Origin: Candidatus Omnitrophota bacterium
GTDB taxonomy: Bacteria > Omnitrophota > Gorgyraeia > B26-G9
Length of the DNA: 64,000 bases
Direction of reading: 5' to 3'
NCBI GenBank assembly: GCA_043826565.1
Contig: JBDRPX010000038.1
Coordinates: 6,334 to 70,333 of the forward strand
Shown here: in pieces, positions 9,428 to 19,226 of the stretch
How positions within the stretch are numbered: position 1 is the first letter of the stretch
Layout: each line of letters opens with the position of its first letter
The notes under the pieces: model-generated
Databases searched by the model: none
What the model saw: the letters and a program-made list of their open reading frames with translations, nothing else
Told to the model about the DNA's origin: nothing
Program-made: the position numbers and the translations under genes

Positions 9428-10663
9428 GTGTTTTATAAAAAGACGGCTTTAATACTGGTTATTTGTTTGAATTTGTTTTGTGTTGGGGGAAATAATAATG
9501 TTTTTGGCTATGAGACTTTTGGAAAATGGGCGGATAGTAGTATCCCTGTTCCGTACTACATAAACGCAGATGGCTCAGATAATATCTCAGATGGAAGTGA
9601 TCTTACAGCTTGTCAGACTTCATTTCAAACCTGGACCAATGTGGCGACTACAGATATTGCGGTAACCTATCTTGGGACTAGTACTAGTACCAGTGGTGGA
9701 ACTCTGGATGGCGTTAACCTTTTGTCTTGGGTGGAGAATACCGCAGATCCTCGGTATGTTAATACTGTGAAAGTAGCCGGTACTATTGCGGTATGTGTGG
9801 CATGGGTTTCGAGTGGTACTATAGTGGATGCGGATATTATTTTTAATGGTGCTGATCATACTTGGTCTACCAGCGGAGCTGGAGGAGCTATGGATGTGCA
9901 GAATTTAGCAACGCATGAAATAGGCCATTTTTTTGGATTAGATGATTTATATACTGCTGCGGATACGGAAAAAACCATGTATGGTTATGGATCTACCGGA
10001 GAAACAAAAAAACGCGACTTACATCAGGATGATATTGATGGTATTTCCGCGCTTTATCCGTATTCCGGAATAATTGATTTTTCCGCTAATTCGATTTCTG
10101 TAGCTGATGCAAGCTGGAATACCTTGAGCTGGAAAAACCCCAGCCGAAGTACATTTGTAAGAACGATGATACGCTATCGTACTGATGGTACGCATCCGGC
10201 AAATACTAGCGATGGAACGCTATTAGTTTTACAAAACGGCACTCCCGGGGCTAGTGAATATTATAATCATACCGGACTTATCCCAAACACAACATATTAC
10301 TATACCGCATTTGCTTTTGATTCAGTAAATGGATATAATGCTCCGAATGATGCAAGTAAAAAAAGTGCCGCTTCTTTAGGTGCGGGCGGAGTAGTGGATA
10401 AAGGGGCAAAAAGTGATTGTTTTGTGGCTACCGCATGTTATGGTAATATGCAGGCAGATGAGGTTAAATCATTACGTGAATTTAGAGATAAATATCTTAA
10501 AAAAACAGTGTTGGGAAAAGAGTTTGTTCGGGGTTATTATTTAATCGGTCCATATTTTGCTCAAATGCTCAATGAAAATTTTCAATATAAAGGAATTGTG
10601 CGGATGATGCTGAAACCGGCGGTCAAATTTGCTGATTTTGTTACAAAGGGAGGGTGTTTATAA
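9428..10663 (+). CDS. Secreted Zn metalloprotease (snapalysin/metzincin-like HExxHxxGxxD) with FN3-like region and a conserved Cys-containing C-terminal domain
   Basis: GTG start with a GAGGAGG RBS and a signal peptide. 'HEIGHFFGLDDLY' zinc motif. The C-terminal ~90 aa begin 'CFVATACYG...LREFRDKYL', a recurring C-terminal domain in secreted proteins. Confidence 0.7.
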   Translation: MFYKKTALILVICLNLFCVGGNNNVFGYETFGKWADSSIPVPYYINADGSDNISDGSDLTACQTSFQTWTNVATTDIAVTYLGTSTSTSGGTLDGVNLLSWVENTADPRYVNTVKVAGTIAVCVAWVSSGTIVDADIIFNGADHTWSTSGAGGAMDVQNLATHEIGHFFGLDDLYTAADTEKTMYGYGSTGETKKRDLHQDDIDGISALYPYSGIIDFSANSISVADASWNTLSWKNPSRSTFVRTMIRYRTDGTHPANTSDGTLLVLQNGTPGASEYYNHTGLIPNTTYYYTAFAFDSVNGYNAPNDASKKSAASLGAGGVVDKGAKSDCFVATACYGNMQADEVKSLREFRDKYLKKTVLGKEFVRGYYLIGPYFAQMLNENFQYKGIVRMMLKPAVKFADFVTKGGCL

Positions 10664-11628
10664 TGGTAAAAGGATTTGCGATATTTACAGTGATTTTTAC
10701 AGTCCTTGTGGTTTGCTCAGGTTTGTGTTTTGCCATAGAAGGCGGAACCAGGCCGATTTCTATGGGCGGTGCTTTTGTGGCTATAGCTGATGATGCGCAT
10801 GCGGTTAGTTGGAATCCTGCGGGAATGGCTTGGCAGGAAGATTTCGAATTGACTTATTCGGCCATATTGAATAATCGGGATAAATATATATGCGGTGATT
10901 TTATGAGTGATGATTATTTAAGTTTATGTGCGCCGATTAAGGCCGGATATAAATCTGATTTTAATTCTTTTGGGGCAGTTGGTTTGTTTGTAAATAATAC
11001 CGGGTATAAGCAGGGCGGAGCAAATACAGAAATTTTTCAGCCGGGGATATCTTATGGAAAACAAATTTTTTCCGATAATTTTGCGGTGGGAGTATCCTTG
11101 TCTTCTTATGCGCTGGATGTCAGTGTCCCTAATATAAGTGACAATGACACTGTTTATAGCATTAATCTGGGAGTTTTGTGGTATATTAATGAACATGTTA
11201 CGTTTGGTTGTTTATGGGAGAACGTGAATGAGCCTACTTATTCACTATTTAATATAACAAATCGTTTGGTGAGAAATCTGCGTCCGGGAATCGCGTATTA
11301 TTTTAGTGAAAATACCGTGATTACTATGGACATCTATGATTTAACCGGGAATACGGAGGATCGTGCCAGTGATTATAGTCAGGATATCCGAATTGGATTT
11401 GAACACTATCTTAATGATGATATTTCGCTAAGGGTGGGAGCGCATCATCCTAATTCCGATGTTGATAGCAGTAAATATTATTCATGCGGTTTTGGGTGGC
11501 AGCGGTCAGATTTTATGGGAGTATATCCGGTTAGTTATTATTTGGACTATGGTTTTGTTTATTGGCCGGAAGCACCTACCGGAACGGATACGTATACTCA
11601 TCAGCTTGGTGCGACTTTGAAATTTTAA
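10663..11628 (+). CDS. Outer-membrane beta-barrel protein (FadL/TraF/PorV-like superfamily)
   Basis: Signal peptide. 'GGAFVAIADDAHAVSWNPAGMA' resembles the N-terminal motif of OMPP1/FadL/TraF-like barrels. Alternating amphipathic strands and a C-terminal Phe. Confidence 0.5.
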   Translation: MVKGFAIFTVIFTVLVVCSGLCFAIEGGTRPISMGGAFVAIADDAHAVSWNPAGMAWQEDFELTYSAILNNRDKYICGDFMSDDYLSLCAPIKAGYKSDFNSFGAVGLFVNNTGYKQGGANTEIFQPGISYGKQIFSDNFAVGVSLSSYALDVSVPNISDNDTVYSINLGVLWYINEHVTFGCLWENVNEPTYSLFNITNRLVRNLRPGIAYYFSENTVITMDIYDLTGNTEDRASDYSQDIRIGFEHYLNDDISLRVGAHHPNSDVDSSKYYSCGFGWQRSDFMGVYPVSYYLDYGFVYWPEAPTGTDTYTHQLGATLKF

Positions 11629-11638
11629 GAGGTTGTAA

Positions 11639-12472
11639 ATGAAAAAATTTTTAATAATACTTTTAGGATTTTTTATATTTTCGATGAATATCCTGTTTAT
11701 CGGTTTTCGTCTGAGTAATTTGAAGCATATTCATAGTAAACGTCAGTATATTAATCAGCGTTTAGAATTGATCGCCGTTAGAAGTGCTGCTTTTAAAGTT
11801 TCTTGTCGATTTCCGGAGCAGGGGGCAGCAAGTTCATCCCTAATCGTCGATGTTCCGAAAAATATAATGATTGCGCCTCCACAGATATTAAAGCAAAAAT
11901 TAGTAAAAAATATTCCGATCCGATTGCTGGGTATCGTCAAAGGCAAATCACCGGTGGCTTTTCTGGAATTGCTCGATAAAAAAATCAGCGGAATCTATCG
12001 TGAGGGAGACAATATCGGTGAGGCTACTGTTTGCGGTATATTTTCCGATAAAATATTGCTGCGTATCGATGGGCAGGAGTTTGAACTTACTTTTGAAAAA
12101 ACAATTGCCGATAAACAGGACTTACCTGTAGAATTTATTGCTGATAATGAGCTTTTGATTGAGAAAAAGAGTTTTAGTAAGAAAGTCCTGGATATTGCCG
12201 GCGAAGCTAATAAATTAAAGATTTCCCGGTCAGTGGATATTGATACGCAAAAAATTAAAGGATTGCAGGTTTCTAAAGTGCCGAAAAATGGCTTCATTGA
12301 AAATCTTGGGCTGAAAGATGATGATATTATTAGTAGAGTTAATGGGATGCAGGTAGATAGTATTCCTAAAGCCCTGGGAATTATGAATAAAATAAAGTCT
12401 TCAAATCTAATTAAACTTGAAATTATCAGAAATAATATACCCTTAATGCTTAAATATCAGATAAGGGACTGA
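11639..12472 (+). CDS. TM-anchored PDZ-domain protein (GspC-like)
   Basis: N-terminal TM helix and a C-terminal PDZ '...GLQVSKVPKNGFIENLGLKDDDIISRVNGMQV...'. Confidence 0.45.
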   Translation: MKKFLIILLGFFIFSMNILFIGFRLSNLKHIHSKRQYINQRLELIAVRSAAFKVSCRFPEQGAASSSLIVDVPKNIMIAPPQILKQKLVKNIPIRLLGIVKGKSPVAFLELLDKKISGIYREGDNIGEATVCGIFSDKILLRIDGQEFELTFEKTIADKQDLPVEFIADNELLIEKKSFSKKVLDIAGEANKLKISRSVDIDTQKIKGLQVSKVPKNGFIENLGLKDDDIISRVNGMQVDSIPKALGIMNKIKSSNLIKLEIIRNNIPLMLKYQIRD

Positions 12473-12492
12473 TCCTGCCTTTTGATAGTGTC

Positions 12493-12521
12493 TTGACATA
12501 ATAAATAATCCATGTTATACT
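12493..12521 (+). promoter_or_regulatory. Consensus sigma70 promoter (TTGACA-17-TATACT)
   Basis: TTGACA at 12493-12498, a 17-nt spacer and TATACT at 12516-12521. This is the same architecture as the promoter at 28269. Confidence 0.55.
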
Positions 12522-12601
12522 TAAGGTGAAGCAAGTTTTTTTATGGCAAGTAATTAAGTACTTTTATAATCATTATTGTATCTTCTGACAAGGAGGCGGA
12601 G

Positions 12602-12793
12602 GTGAATAATAATTTATTTATCCAGAGGAGGTTTCAGGTTAAGAGGGACTCAGAGAGTGGTTGTGTGAATTTTTTAGGGTCTATTTATATTGCGTACTAT
12701 TTTTATGTAAATAATGAGTTGTATGTTTCTAAATACGCATTGTGCGTAAAGTTTACCAAAAAGGAATCAGAAATTAAGCAGATGATTAAGTAA
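12602..12793 (+). CDS. Small hypothetical protein (63 aa, Tyr/aromatic-rich) or unrecognised ncRNA
   Basis: GTG start immediately after a strong SD 'AAGGAGGCGGAGG'. The unit is bounded by a consensus promoter upstream and an intrinsic terminator downstream. Confidence 0.3.
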   Translation: MNNNLFIQRRFQVKRDSESGCVNFLGSIYIAYYFYVNNELYVSKYALCVKFTKKESEIKQMIK

Positions 12794-12823
12794 CTCTATA
12801 TTTTTCAAATAGTTTAGGATTTT

Positions 12824-12852
12824 AAGCTCCTCATATTGAGGAGCTTTTTTAT
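12824..12852 (+). terminator. Rho-independent terminator
   Basis: Hairpin 'AAGCTCCTCA-TATTG-AGGAGCTT' followed by TTTTTT. Confidence 0.65.
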
Positions 12853-12929
12853 TTGACATTAGGCTCTAATATGAGTACAATTATAAAGTTAATTAAAGAT
12901 ATTAAATGATATTGTTAAAAAGGATGCAG

Positions 12930-14213
12930 ATGTATAAGATTTCCGTGCTTGATAGTGGTGTGAAAATTGTAACTTATACTGATTCCAGGGTTAGTTCTGA
13001 GGCCGTAGGCGTTTGGATCGGCGCTGGGGGGCGATATGAAAGCACTCCGGAAAATGGGGTTTCTCATTTTCTTGAGCATTTGGTTTTTAAGGGCACGAAA
13101 AATCGCACTTATCGCCAAATTAAAGAGTCAATTGAAGGTTTTGGGGGTATTCTTAACGGATTTACTTCTGATGAGTTAACTTGTTTTCTCGCTAAAGTCC
13201 TTTCCGGACAAGTTGCGACCGCAGTTGATGTTCTCATGGATTTGACATTTAATTCGCTGATTAAAACCAGCGATATCCAGAAGGAAAGATTGGTTGTCTA
13301 TGAAGAAATAAAAATGTATTCTGATTTACCCCGGCATCTTGCTTATGACGGTTTAATGCAATTGCTTTGGCCAGACCACCCCTTAGGAAGAAATATTGCC
13401 GGTACCGTGGAAACTCTGAAGGAAATGACCAGAAAAGATATCCTTAACTATAAAGAAACACATTATAGTCCTAAAAATATTTTGATTGCTGCCTGCGGTA
13501 ATGTTGCCCACGATGTTATTGTGAAGAATGCTGAGAAATTTATCACGAAAAATCGCCTGAATAAAGCATGTTGCGAAAAACCTGTTTATCAGCTATCTCA
13601 AGCTTTTAAAAATGAGTCGAAAACTTCGTTTATTATTAAAAATATTGAGCAAACGCATTGTTGTTTAGGAGTTCGTGCTCCGGATCGAAAGTCATCTTTA
13701 CGTCATGCGCTGACTCTGTTGAATATTATTTTAGGAGCAAATATGTCTAGCCGCCTTTTTAATGAAGTACGTGAAAGAAAGGGACTTGCTTATGATATCG
13801 GTACCGGGATTAAGCGTTTAAGTGATGATGGTGCATTCATTGTCCATGCTGGTGTAGTTAATGAAAAAGTAAAAGAAACCCTGACGGTAATTTTTAAAGA
13901 GCTAAAGAAGATTGTCCGGACTTTGGCGGATAAAGATGAGTTCACGAGAGCTAAATTGTATTATATCGGTCAGCTTACCATGGGAATTGAGGATACTTCT
14001 GAGCATATGTCTTATATCGGGGAGACACTATTGTGTGAAGGGAATGTTAAGAAAATAAAAGAGGTCATTAAAGAAATTGAGAAAGTTAAAGTTGAAGACA
14101 TAAGAAAAGTTGCGGAAATGATATTTAAGAGGGAGAACTTAACGCTGTCAATAGTGGGGCCTTTGCAAAAAGGACAAGATGAGCAGCTTAAGCAATTAAT
14201 GCAAACGTTTTAA
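12930..14213 (+). CDS. M16 family zinc peptidase (insulinase-like)
   Basis: Inverted zinc motif HxxEH in 'HFLEHLVFKGT'. M16 N- and C-domain architecture. Start chosen at the ATG with an AAGGAT RBS; the track ORF began at 12906. Confidence 0.85.
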   Translation: MYKISVLDSGVKIVTYTDSRVSSEAVGVWIGAGGRYESTPENGVSHFLEHLVFKGTKNRTYRQIKESIEGFGGILNGFTSDELTCFLAKVLSGQVATAVDVLMDLTFNSLIKTSDIQKERLVVYEEIKMYSDLPRHLAYDGLMQLLWPDHPLGRNIAGTVETLKEMTRKDILNYKETHYSPKNILIAACGNVAHDVIVKNAEKFITKNRLNKACCEKPVYQLSQAFKNESKTSFIIKNIEQTHCCLGVRAPDRKSSLRHALTLLNIILGANMSSRLFNEVRERKGLAYDIGTGIKRLSDDGAFIVHAGVVNEKVKETLTVIFKELKKIVRTLADKDEFTRAKLYYIGQLTMGIEDTSEHMSYIGETLLCEGNVKKIKEVIKEIEKVKVEDIRKVAEMIFKRENLTLSIVGPLQKGQDEQLKQLMQTF

Positions 14214-14239
14214 TAATCATTAAAAAGGGAGTGCCGCGT

Positions 14240-14908
14240 ATGAAGAAGAAAAAAAATAAAGAATCTCTGTTGATATCTCCATCGATTCTTTCCGCGGATT
14301 TCTGCCGACTGGAAAAAGATATTTCTTCGGTAGAAAAAGCCGGGGCAGATATGCTTCATGTTGATGTTATGGATGGAAATTTTGTGCCGAATATTACGAT
14401 TGGTCCGGTTGTTGTAAAGGCTATACGTAAACGCACAAAATTACCGTTAGATGTGCATTTAATGATCAAAGACCCGCTTTTTTTTCTTGATGATTTTATC
14501 AAAGCAGGAAGTTCGATAATCACGGTGCATATTGAAACATGTCCATTTACTCAGATAAAAAAAATTAAGAAAAAACTCCAAGCCGCCGGAGTTAAACTTG
14601 GAGTGTCTTTAAATCCTTCAACGTCAATAGGTAAAATTAAAAAGGTTTTAAAATTGGCGGATTTGATTTTGATTATGAGTGTGAATCCCGGTTTCGCGGG
14701 GCAGTCTTTTATGCATGAAGTTCTCCCGAAGATTACCCAATTGCGGGCGATATATGACGGTGATATTGAAGTCGATGGTGGTATTACTGATAAAACTGCG
14801 CCGCTTGTCGTTGAGCGGGGAGCAAATATTCTGGTTGCCGGATCCTATGTTTTTGGGGCGAAAGATAGAAAACTTGCGATAGGAAAATTAAAAAATGCAG
14901 GAAATTAA
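14240..14908 (+). CDS. rpe: Ribulose-phosphate 3-epimerase
   Basis: 'SPSILSADF...HVDVMDGNFVPNITIGP...DVHLM' are classic Rpe motifs. ATG at 14240 after an AAAAAGGGA RBS. Confidence 0.9.
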   Translation: MKKKKNKESLLISPSILSADFCRLEKDISSVEKAGADMLHVDVMDGNFVPNITIGPVVVKAIRKRTKLPLDVHLMIKDPLFFLDDFIKAGSSIITVHIETCPFTQIKKIKKKLQAAGVKLGVSLNPSTSIGKIKKVLKLADLILIMSVNPGFAGQSFMHEVLPKITQLRAIYDGDIEVDGGITDKTAPLVVERGANILVAGSYVFGAKDRKLAIGKLKNAGN

Positions 14909-16280
14909 ATTCGGGACTGACGGTTTTCGCGGAATTATCGCGGATAATTTTACTTTTAATAATGTGCGGCGAATCGGCCGGGCAATGGCAAAATACATAA
15001 AAAAATTAAAATTGTCCCCTTTGCGAAGAAAAATCATTGTTGGATATGACCGCCGCTTTTTATCCGATAAATTTGCGGATGCGATAGCTAAGGAAATCAG
15101 CAGTGAGGGGGTATCTGTATTGCTTAGCGATACTCCGGTGCCTACTCCGGCAGTCAGTTTTTATATTAGGGCGCAAAAATTGCCTGGCGGAATAATAATA
15201 ACCGCCAGCCATAATCCGGCCCATTTTAACGGAGTTAAAATTAAAAATGAATTTGGTGCTTCTGCGGAAAACCGTGTAACTACAGCAATAGAAAACTGGG
15301 TTAATACAGAGAAAACTGGACGTTTAAATAAAGTTGACGCGAAAAAGGTTAAAAGCGTAAAAATCATTGCTCCATACATAAAGAATTTGTGTAATTATTT
15401 AAATTTTTCTTTGTTAAAAAAATGTCGATTTAAGATTTTGGTGGATGTTATGCATGGTTCCGGAAGCGGGGTTATTGAGCAAATATTAAAAGGCACAGAC
15501 TGCGAAGTTACCACGATACATCAGGAGAATAATCCGCTTTTTTCCGGAGTAAACCCGGAACCGATTGAAATCAATCTGCAGGAATTATCCGGACAAATGA
15601 AAAAAAATAAATATGATTTGGGTATCGCCTTAGATGGGGATGCTGACCGGATTGGGGCAATGTGTCCGGGGGGTGGATTTATTAGTTCTCATTATGCTAT
15701 TTGTCTACTCTTGTTGCATTTTATTGAAAATAAGAGATGGACCGGCCGGGTTCTTAAAAGTTTAAATACTACCACGATGGTTGAAAAAATTACCAACCAT
15801 TTTGGATTGCCGCTGGAGGTGGTTCCAGTGGGTTTTAAATATATTGCTAAGGAGATGCTTAAAGGTGATGTTTTGCTCGGAGGAGAAGAATCCGGAGGTA
15901 TCGGCTTTAAGGGGTATATGCCGGAGAGAGACGGTATTCTTTCCGGATTACTTTTATTGGAAATGATGGCTTATCGCAAGCAGTCTATATTGGAAATTAT
16001 TAAAGATATGGAAAAGCGCTTTGGCTGTTTTTTTTATTTAAGAAAAGATTTGCACCTAAAACGTGTAATCTCTCAGAATAAAATTCGGCATCCAAAAAGT
16101 ATTTTAGGCCAAAAGGTAATTGATGTAAAAACTTATGATGGGACAAAATTTATTATGGAAGATGAGAGTTGGTTATTGATAAGGGCGTCCGGAACTGAGC
16201 CGATTGTGCGAATTTATGCAGAGTCAAAAAGTCCGAGCCGGACAAAAAAACTTATTACTTTTGGATGTGATCAGGTATGA
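14895..16280 (+). CDS. Phosphoglucomutase/phosphomannomutase family (alpha-D-phosphohexomutase)
   Basis: Active-site 'TASHNP', metal-binding 'DGDADR' and sugar-binding 'GGEESGG'. Confidence 0.9.
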   Translation: MQEIKFGTDGFRGIIADNFTFNNVRRIGRAMAKYIKKLKLSPLRRKIIVGYDRRFLSDKFADAIAKEISSEGVSVLLSDTPVPTPAVSFYIRAQKLPGGIIITASHNPAHFNGVKIKNEFGASAENRVTTAIENWVNTEKTGRLNKVDAKKVKSVKIIAPYIKNLCNYLNFSLLKKCRFKILVDVMHGSGSGVIEQILKGTDCEVTTIHQENNPLFSGVNPEPIEINLQELSGQMKKNKYDLGIALDGDADRIGAMCPGGGFISSHYAICLLLLHFIENKRWTGRVLKSLNTTTMVEKITNHFGLPLEVVPVGFKYIAKEMLKGDVLLGGEESGGIGFKGYMPERDGILSGLLLLEMMAYRKQSILEIIKDMEKRFGCFFYLRKDLHLKRVISQNKIRHPKSILGQKVIDVKTYDGTKFIMEDESWLLIRASGTEPIVRIYAESKSPSRTKKLITFGCDQV

Positions 16281-18067
16281 ATAAAGAATTAATCAGAAAT
16301 TTTTGTGTAATTGCTCATATTGACCATGGTAAATCTACTTTGGCTGACCGGCTAATGCAGCTTACCCAGACTATTGATGAAAGAGACTTCCATGATCAGA
16401 TGCTTGATGACATGGATCTGGAACGCGAGAGAGGTATTACGATAAAAGCATCGGCAGTGAGAATGATTTATGAAGCTAAAGATGGGAATAAATATCAAAT
16501 TAATTTAATTGATACTCCCGGACACGTGGATTTTAGTTATGAAGTCACTAAATCCCTCTCGGCTTGTGACGGAGCGTTGTTGCTTGTTGATGCTGTTCAG
16601 GGGGTGGAAGCACAAACTGTGGCAAATTATTATCTGGCGATCGAGCAGAATTTAAAAATTATACCGGTTATTAATAAAATAGATTTACCGCACGCAAATC
16701 CGGAAAACATAAAGCATCAGATTCATGATGTTCTGCTCATTGAAGAAGACCCGTTATTAGCCAGCGCAAAGATGGGGATAGGCACTCGGGAAATAATGGA
16801 AGCGGTAGTGGAAAAGATCCCACCTCCATCCGGTAATAGCGAGGCTTCTTTGCAGGCATTGATTTTCGATTCTGTGTTTGATATTTATCGGGGAGTGATT
16901 GTGTATATTCGGATAATGAATGGTAAGATTGCTCCTAAAATGAACATCGAGTTTATGGATTCAGGTAAAATTTTTGAGGTTCTGGAAACCGGTATATTCA
17001 GTCCTACGCCTAAAAAAGTGGAAAGTCTTTCCTGTGGAGAAGTTGGGTATATATGCTGCAATATTAAAGATCCCCGGGAAATCCTTATTGGAGATACGAT
17101 AACTGATGCAAAAAATCCGTCCAAAACTCCTTTGCCGGGATTAAAAAAGATACGGCCGCTTGTTTTTTGCGGACTTTATCCCATAAATAGTAAGGATTTT
17201 GACAATTTGAGAGATGCCATGAATAAATTAAGGCTGACAGATATTGGGTTTGTTTTTGAGCAGGAGAGCAGTCCGTCATTAGGATTTGGATTTAGATGCG
17301 GGTTTCTTGGACTGCTGCATATGGATATTATCCAGGAGAGATTAGAAAGAGAGTTTGAGCTTAGTCTGGTGGCAACAACGCCGAGTGTAATCTATAGAGT
17401 TAAGCTTAATAACGGCGAGGAAATTGAAGTTGATAATCCGGCAAAATTCCCGGAGACTGTAAAAATTAATTTTATAGAAGAGCCTTATATTAAAGCGCTG
17501 ATGATTGTTCCGCATGATTCCTTGGGCGCGGTAATGAATATCGCGCAGTCAAAGCGCGGTATTTATGTAAGTAAAGAGTTTTTGGATCAACAGCGGATGA
17601 TGCTGACTTATGAATTTCCCTTAGCAGAAATAATTATTGATTTTTATGACAAGTTAAAATCAATAACCAGCGGGTATGGATCATTGGATTATGAAGTCAC
17701 CGGATATCGAGTGACGAAGCTGGTGAAAATGGATATTTTGATAAACGGTGAGCCTTGCGATGCTCTTTCTTTTCTTGTTCACAAAGACGGTGCGCAGTAT
17801 AAGGGCAGACAGATTGTTTCTAAGCTGCGGGAGTTGATTCCCCGGCAGCTTTTTGAGGTGGCAATTCAGGCGGCAATCGGCGCCAAGGTTATTGCGCGGG
17901 AGACTGTTCGTGCGCAGGGTAAGAATGTTACCGCGAAATGCTATGGCGGCGATATTACCCGAAAAAGAAAACTTTGGGAAAAACAGAAAATGGGACGTAA
18001 ACGAATGAAACAGTTTGGTAAAGTTCAGATTCCCCAAGAAGCATTTATGGCGGTTTTAAAACTATAA
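16277..18067 (+). CDS. lepA: Elongation factor 4 (LepA)
   Basis: GTPase motifs 'AHIDHGKST', 'DTPGHVDF', 'NKID', and a LepA-specific C-terminal domain. Confidence 0.95.
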   Translation: MNKELIRNFCVIAHIDHGKSTLADRLMQLTQTIDERDFHDQMLDDMDLERERGITIKASAVRMIYEAKDGNKYQINLIDTPGHVDFSYEVTKSLSACDGALLLVDAVQGVEAQTVANYYLAIEQNLKIIPVINKIDLPHANPENIKHQIHDVLLIEEDPLLASAKMGIGTREIMEAVVEKIPPPSGNSEASLQALIFDSVFDIYRGVIVYIRIMNGKIAPKMNIEFMDSGKIFEVLETGIFSPTPKKVESLSCGEVGYICCNIKDPREILIGDTITDAKNPSKTPLPGLKKIRPLVFCGLYPINSKDFDNLRDAMNKLRLTDIGFVFEQESSPSLGFGFRCGFLGLLHMDIIQERLEREFELSLVATTPSVIYRVKLNNGEEIEVDNPAKFPETVKINFIEEPYIKALMIVPHDSLGAVMNIAQSKRGIYVSKEFLDQQRMMLTYEFPLAEIIIDFYDKLKSITSGYGSLDYEVTGYRVTKLVKMDILINGEPCDALSFLVHKDGAQYKGRQIVSKLRELIPRQLFEVAIQAAIGAKVIARETVRAQGKNVTAKCYGGDITRKRKLWEKQKMGRKRMKQFGKVQIPQEAFMAVLKL

Positions 18068-18095
18068 TTTAATAATCTCAACAAAAGGATATAGG

Positions 18096-18635
18096 ATGAA
18101 TCCAAAAACTAAAGCTATTATTAGAGAGTATGCGGAGTCATTGCTGATTGCATTTATTTTAGCCATGATTATCAGGACATTTGTCGTGCAGGCTTTCAAA
18201 ATTCCGACCGGTTCGATGATCCCTACACTTATTGAAGGAGATCGTATTTTAGTGAATAAGTTTATCTTCAAATTTCGAAAGGTTCAAGACGGAGAAGTGA
18301 TTGTTTTTAAATATCCGGAAAATCCGAAAATCGCATTTATAAAAAGGCTCATCGCCCAAGGACAGGAAAAAGTCGAGCTTAAAGGCGGACGTGTCTATAT
18401 AAATGATGAAAAAATTCAGGAGCCCCGGATTAATTCCCGGTTTTATTATAATCGGGGTGATTATGGCCAGGTTGATCAGGTTATCGATGTCCCGGAAAAT
18501 AATTTTTATGTTCTCGGGGATAATAGCGCTAATAGCCGGGATTCCCGATATTGGGGGTTTGTGCCGAAAAAGAATCTTATTGGGAAAGCAATTTTAATAT
18601 ATTGGCCGTTACATAGGATTCGATTAATAGAGTAA
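18096..18635 (+). CDS. lepB: Signal peptidase I
   Basis: 'IPTGSMIPTL' Ser box and 'VLGDNSANSRDSRYWGFV' box E. Confidence 0.95.
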   Translation: MNPKTKAIIREYAESLLIAFILAMIIRTFVVQAFKIPTGSMIPTLIEGDRILVNKFIFKFRKVQDGEVIVFKYPENPKIAFIKRLIAQGQEKVELKGGRVYINDEKIQEPRINSRFYYNRGDYGQVDQVIDVPENNFYVLGDNSANSRDSRYWGFVPKKNLIGKAILIYWPLHRIRLIE

Positions 18636-18665
18636 AATTAATTTTTGAGAAAGATTAGCGATATA

Positions 18666-19226
18666 ATGAATTTAGCAAATTGGATATCAATATTCAGAAT
18701 TATTTTAATACCTTTTTTTATTAGTTCCATTGTTTACTATACTCCGGAAAAGGATTACCTTAGATATGTATCAATCGGAATCTTTTTTTTGGCCGTAATA
18801 AGTGATGGTATTGATGGATATATTGCGCGTACTAAAAAACTGAAGACAGTATTAGGTTCATTTCTCGATCCGGTGGCGGATAAACTTCTGCTTAGCTCGA
18901 GTTTTATTACTCTGGCATTAGCACAAAATGTTCCTTTAACCATAAAGCTCCCCTTGTGGGTGCCGATCGTTGTAATATCCCGGGATTTAATACTTGCGTT
19001 AGGATCATCTTTAATTCATGTGATTACGGGAAATCTAAAGATTACGCCAAGTGTTTTAGGTAAGCTTACTACATGTTTTCAAATGAGTACCATAATCTGT
19101 GTTCTTTTGCAGGTGGATTTTTCTTATCTGATCTGCTATATCGCCGTATTTTTTACGGTTGTTTCCGGGTTTGATTATATTGTAAAAGGTGTACGGATTA
19201 TAAACAATAATACACATGTTAAATAA
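18666..19226 (+). CDS. pgsA: CDP-alcohol phosphatidyltransferase (CDP-diacylglycerol--glycerol-3-phosphate 3-phosphatidyltransferase-like)
   Basis: 'DGIDGYIAR...G...DPVADK' CDP-OH-P transferase motif. ATG 18666 chosen ('MNLANWISIFRIIL'); an alternative TTG lies at 18645. Confidence 0.85.
   Translation: MNLANWISIFRIILIPFFISSIVYYTPEKDYLRYVSIGIFFLAVISDGIDGYIARTKKLKTVLGSFLDPVADKLLLSSSFITLALAQNVPLTIKLPLWVPIVVISRDLILALGSSLIHVITGNLKITPSVLGKLTTCFQMSTIICVLLQVDFSYLICYIAVFFTVVSGFDYIVKGVRIINNNTHVK

Noticed and set aside
12473-12905. tmRNA, RNase P RNA, SRP RNA or 6S RNA in the promoter-to-terminator unit
   Set aside because: No conserved blocks of these RNAs were seen: no GGAAAGUCCGG for RNase P, no tRNA-like end plus tag ORF for tmRNA, no SRP domain IV motif.
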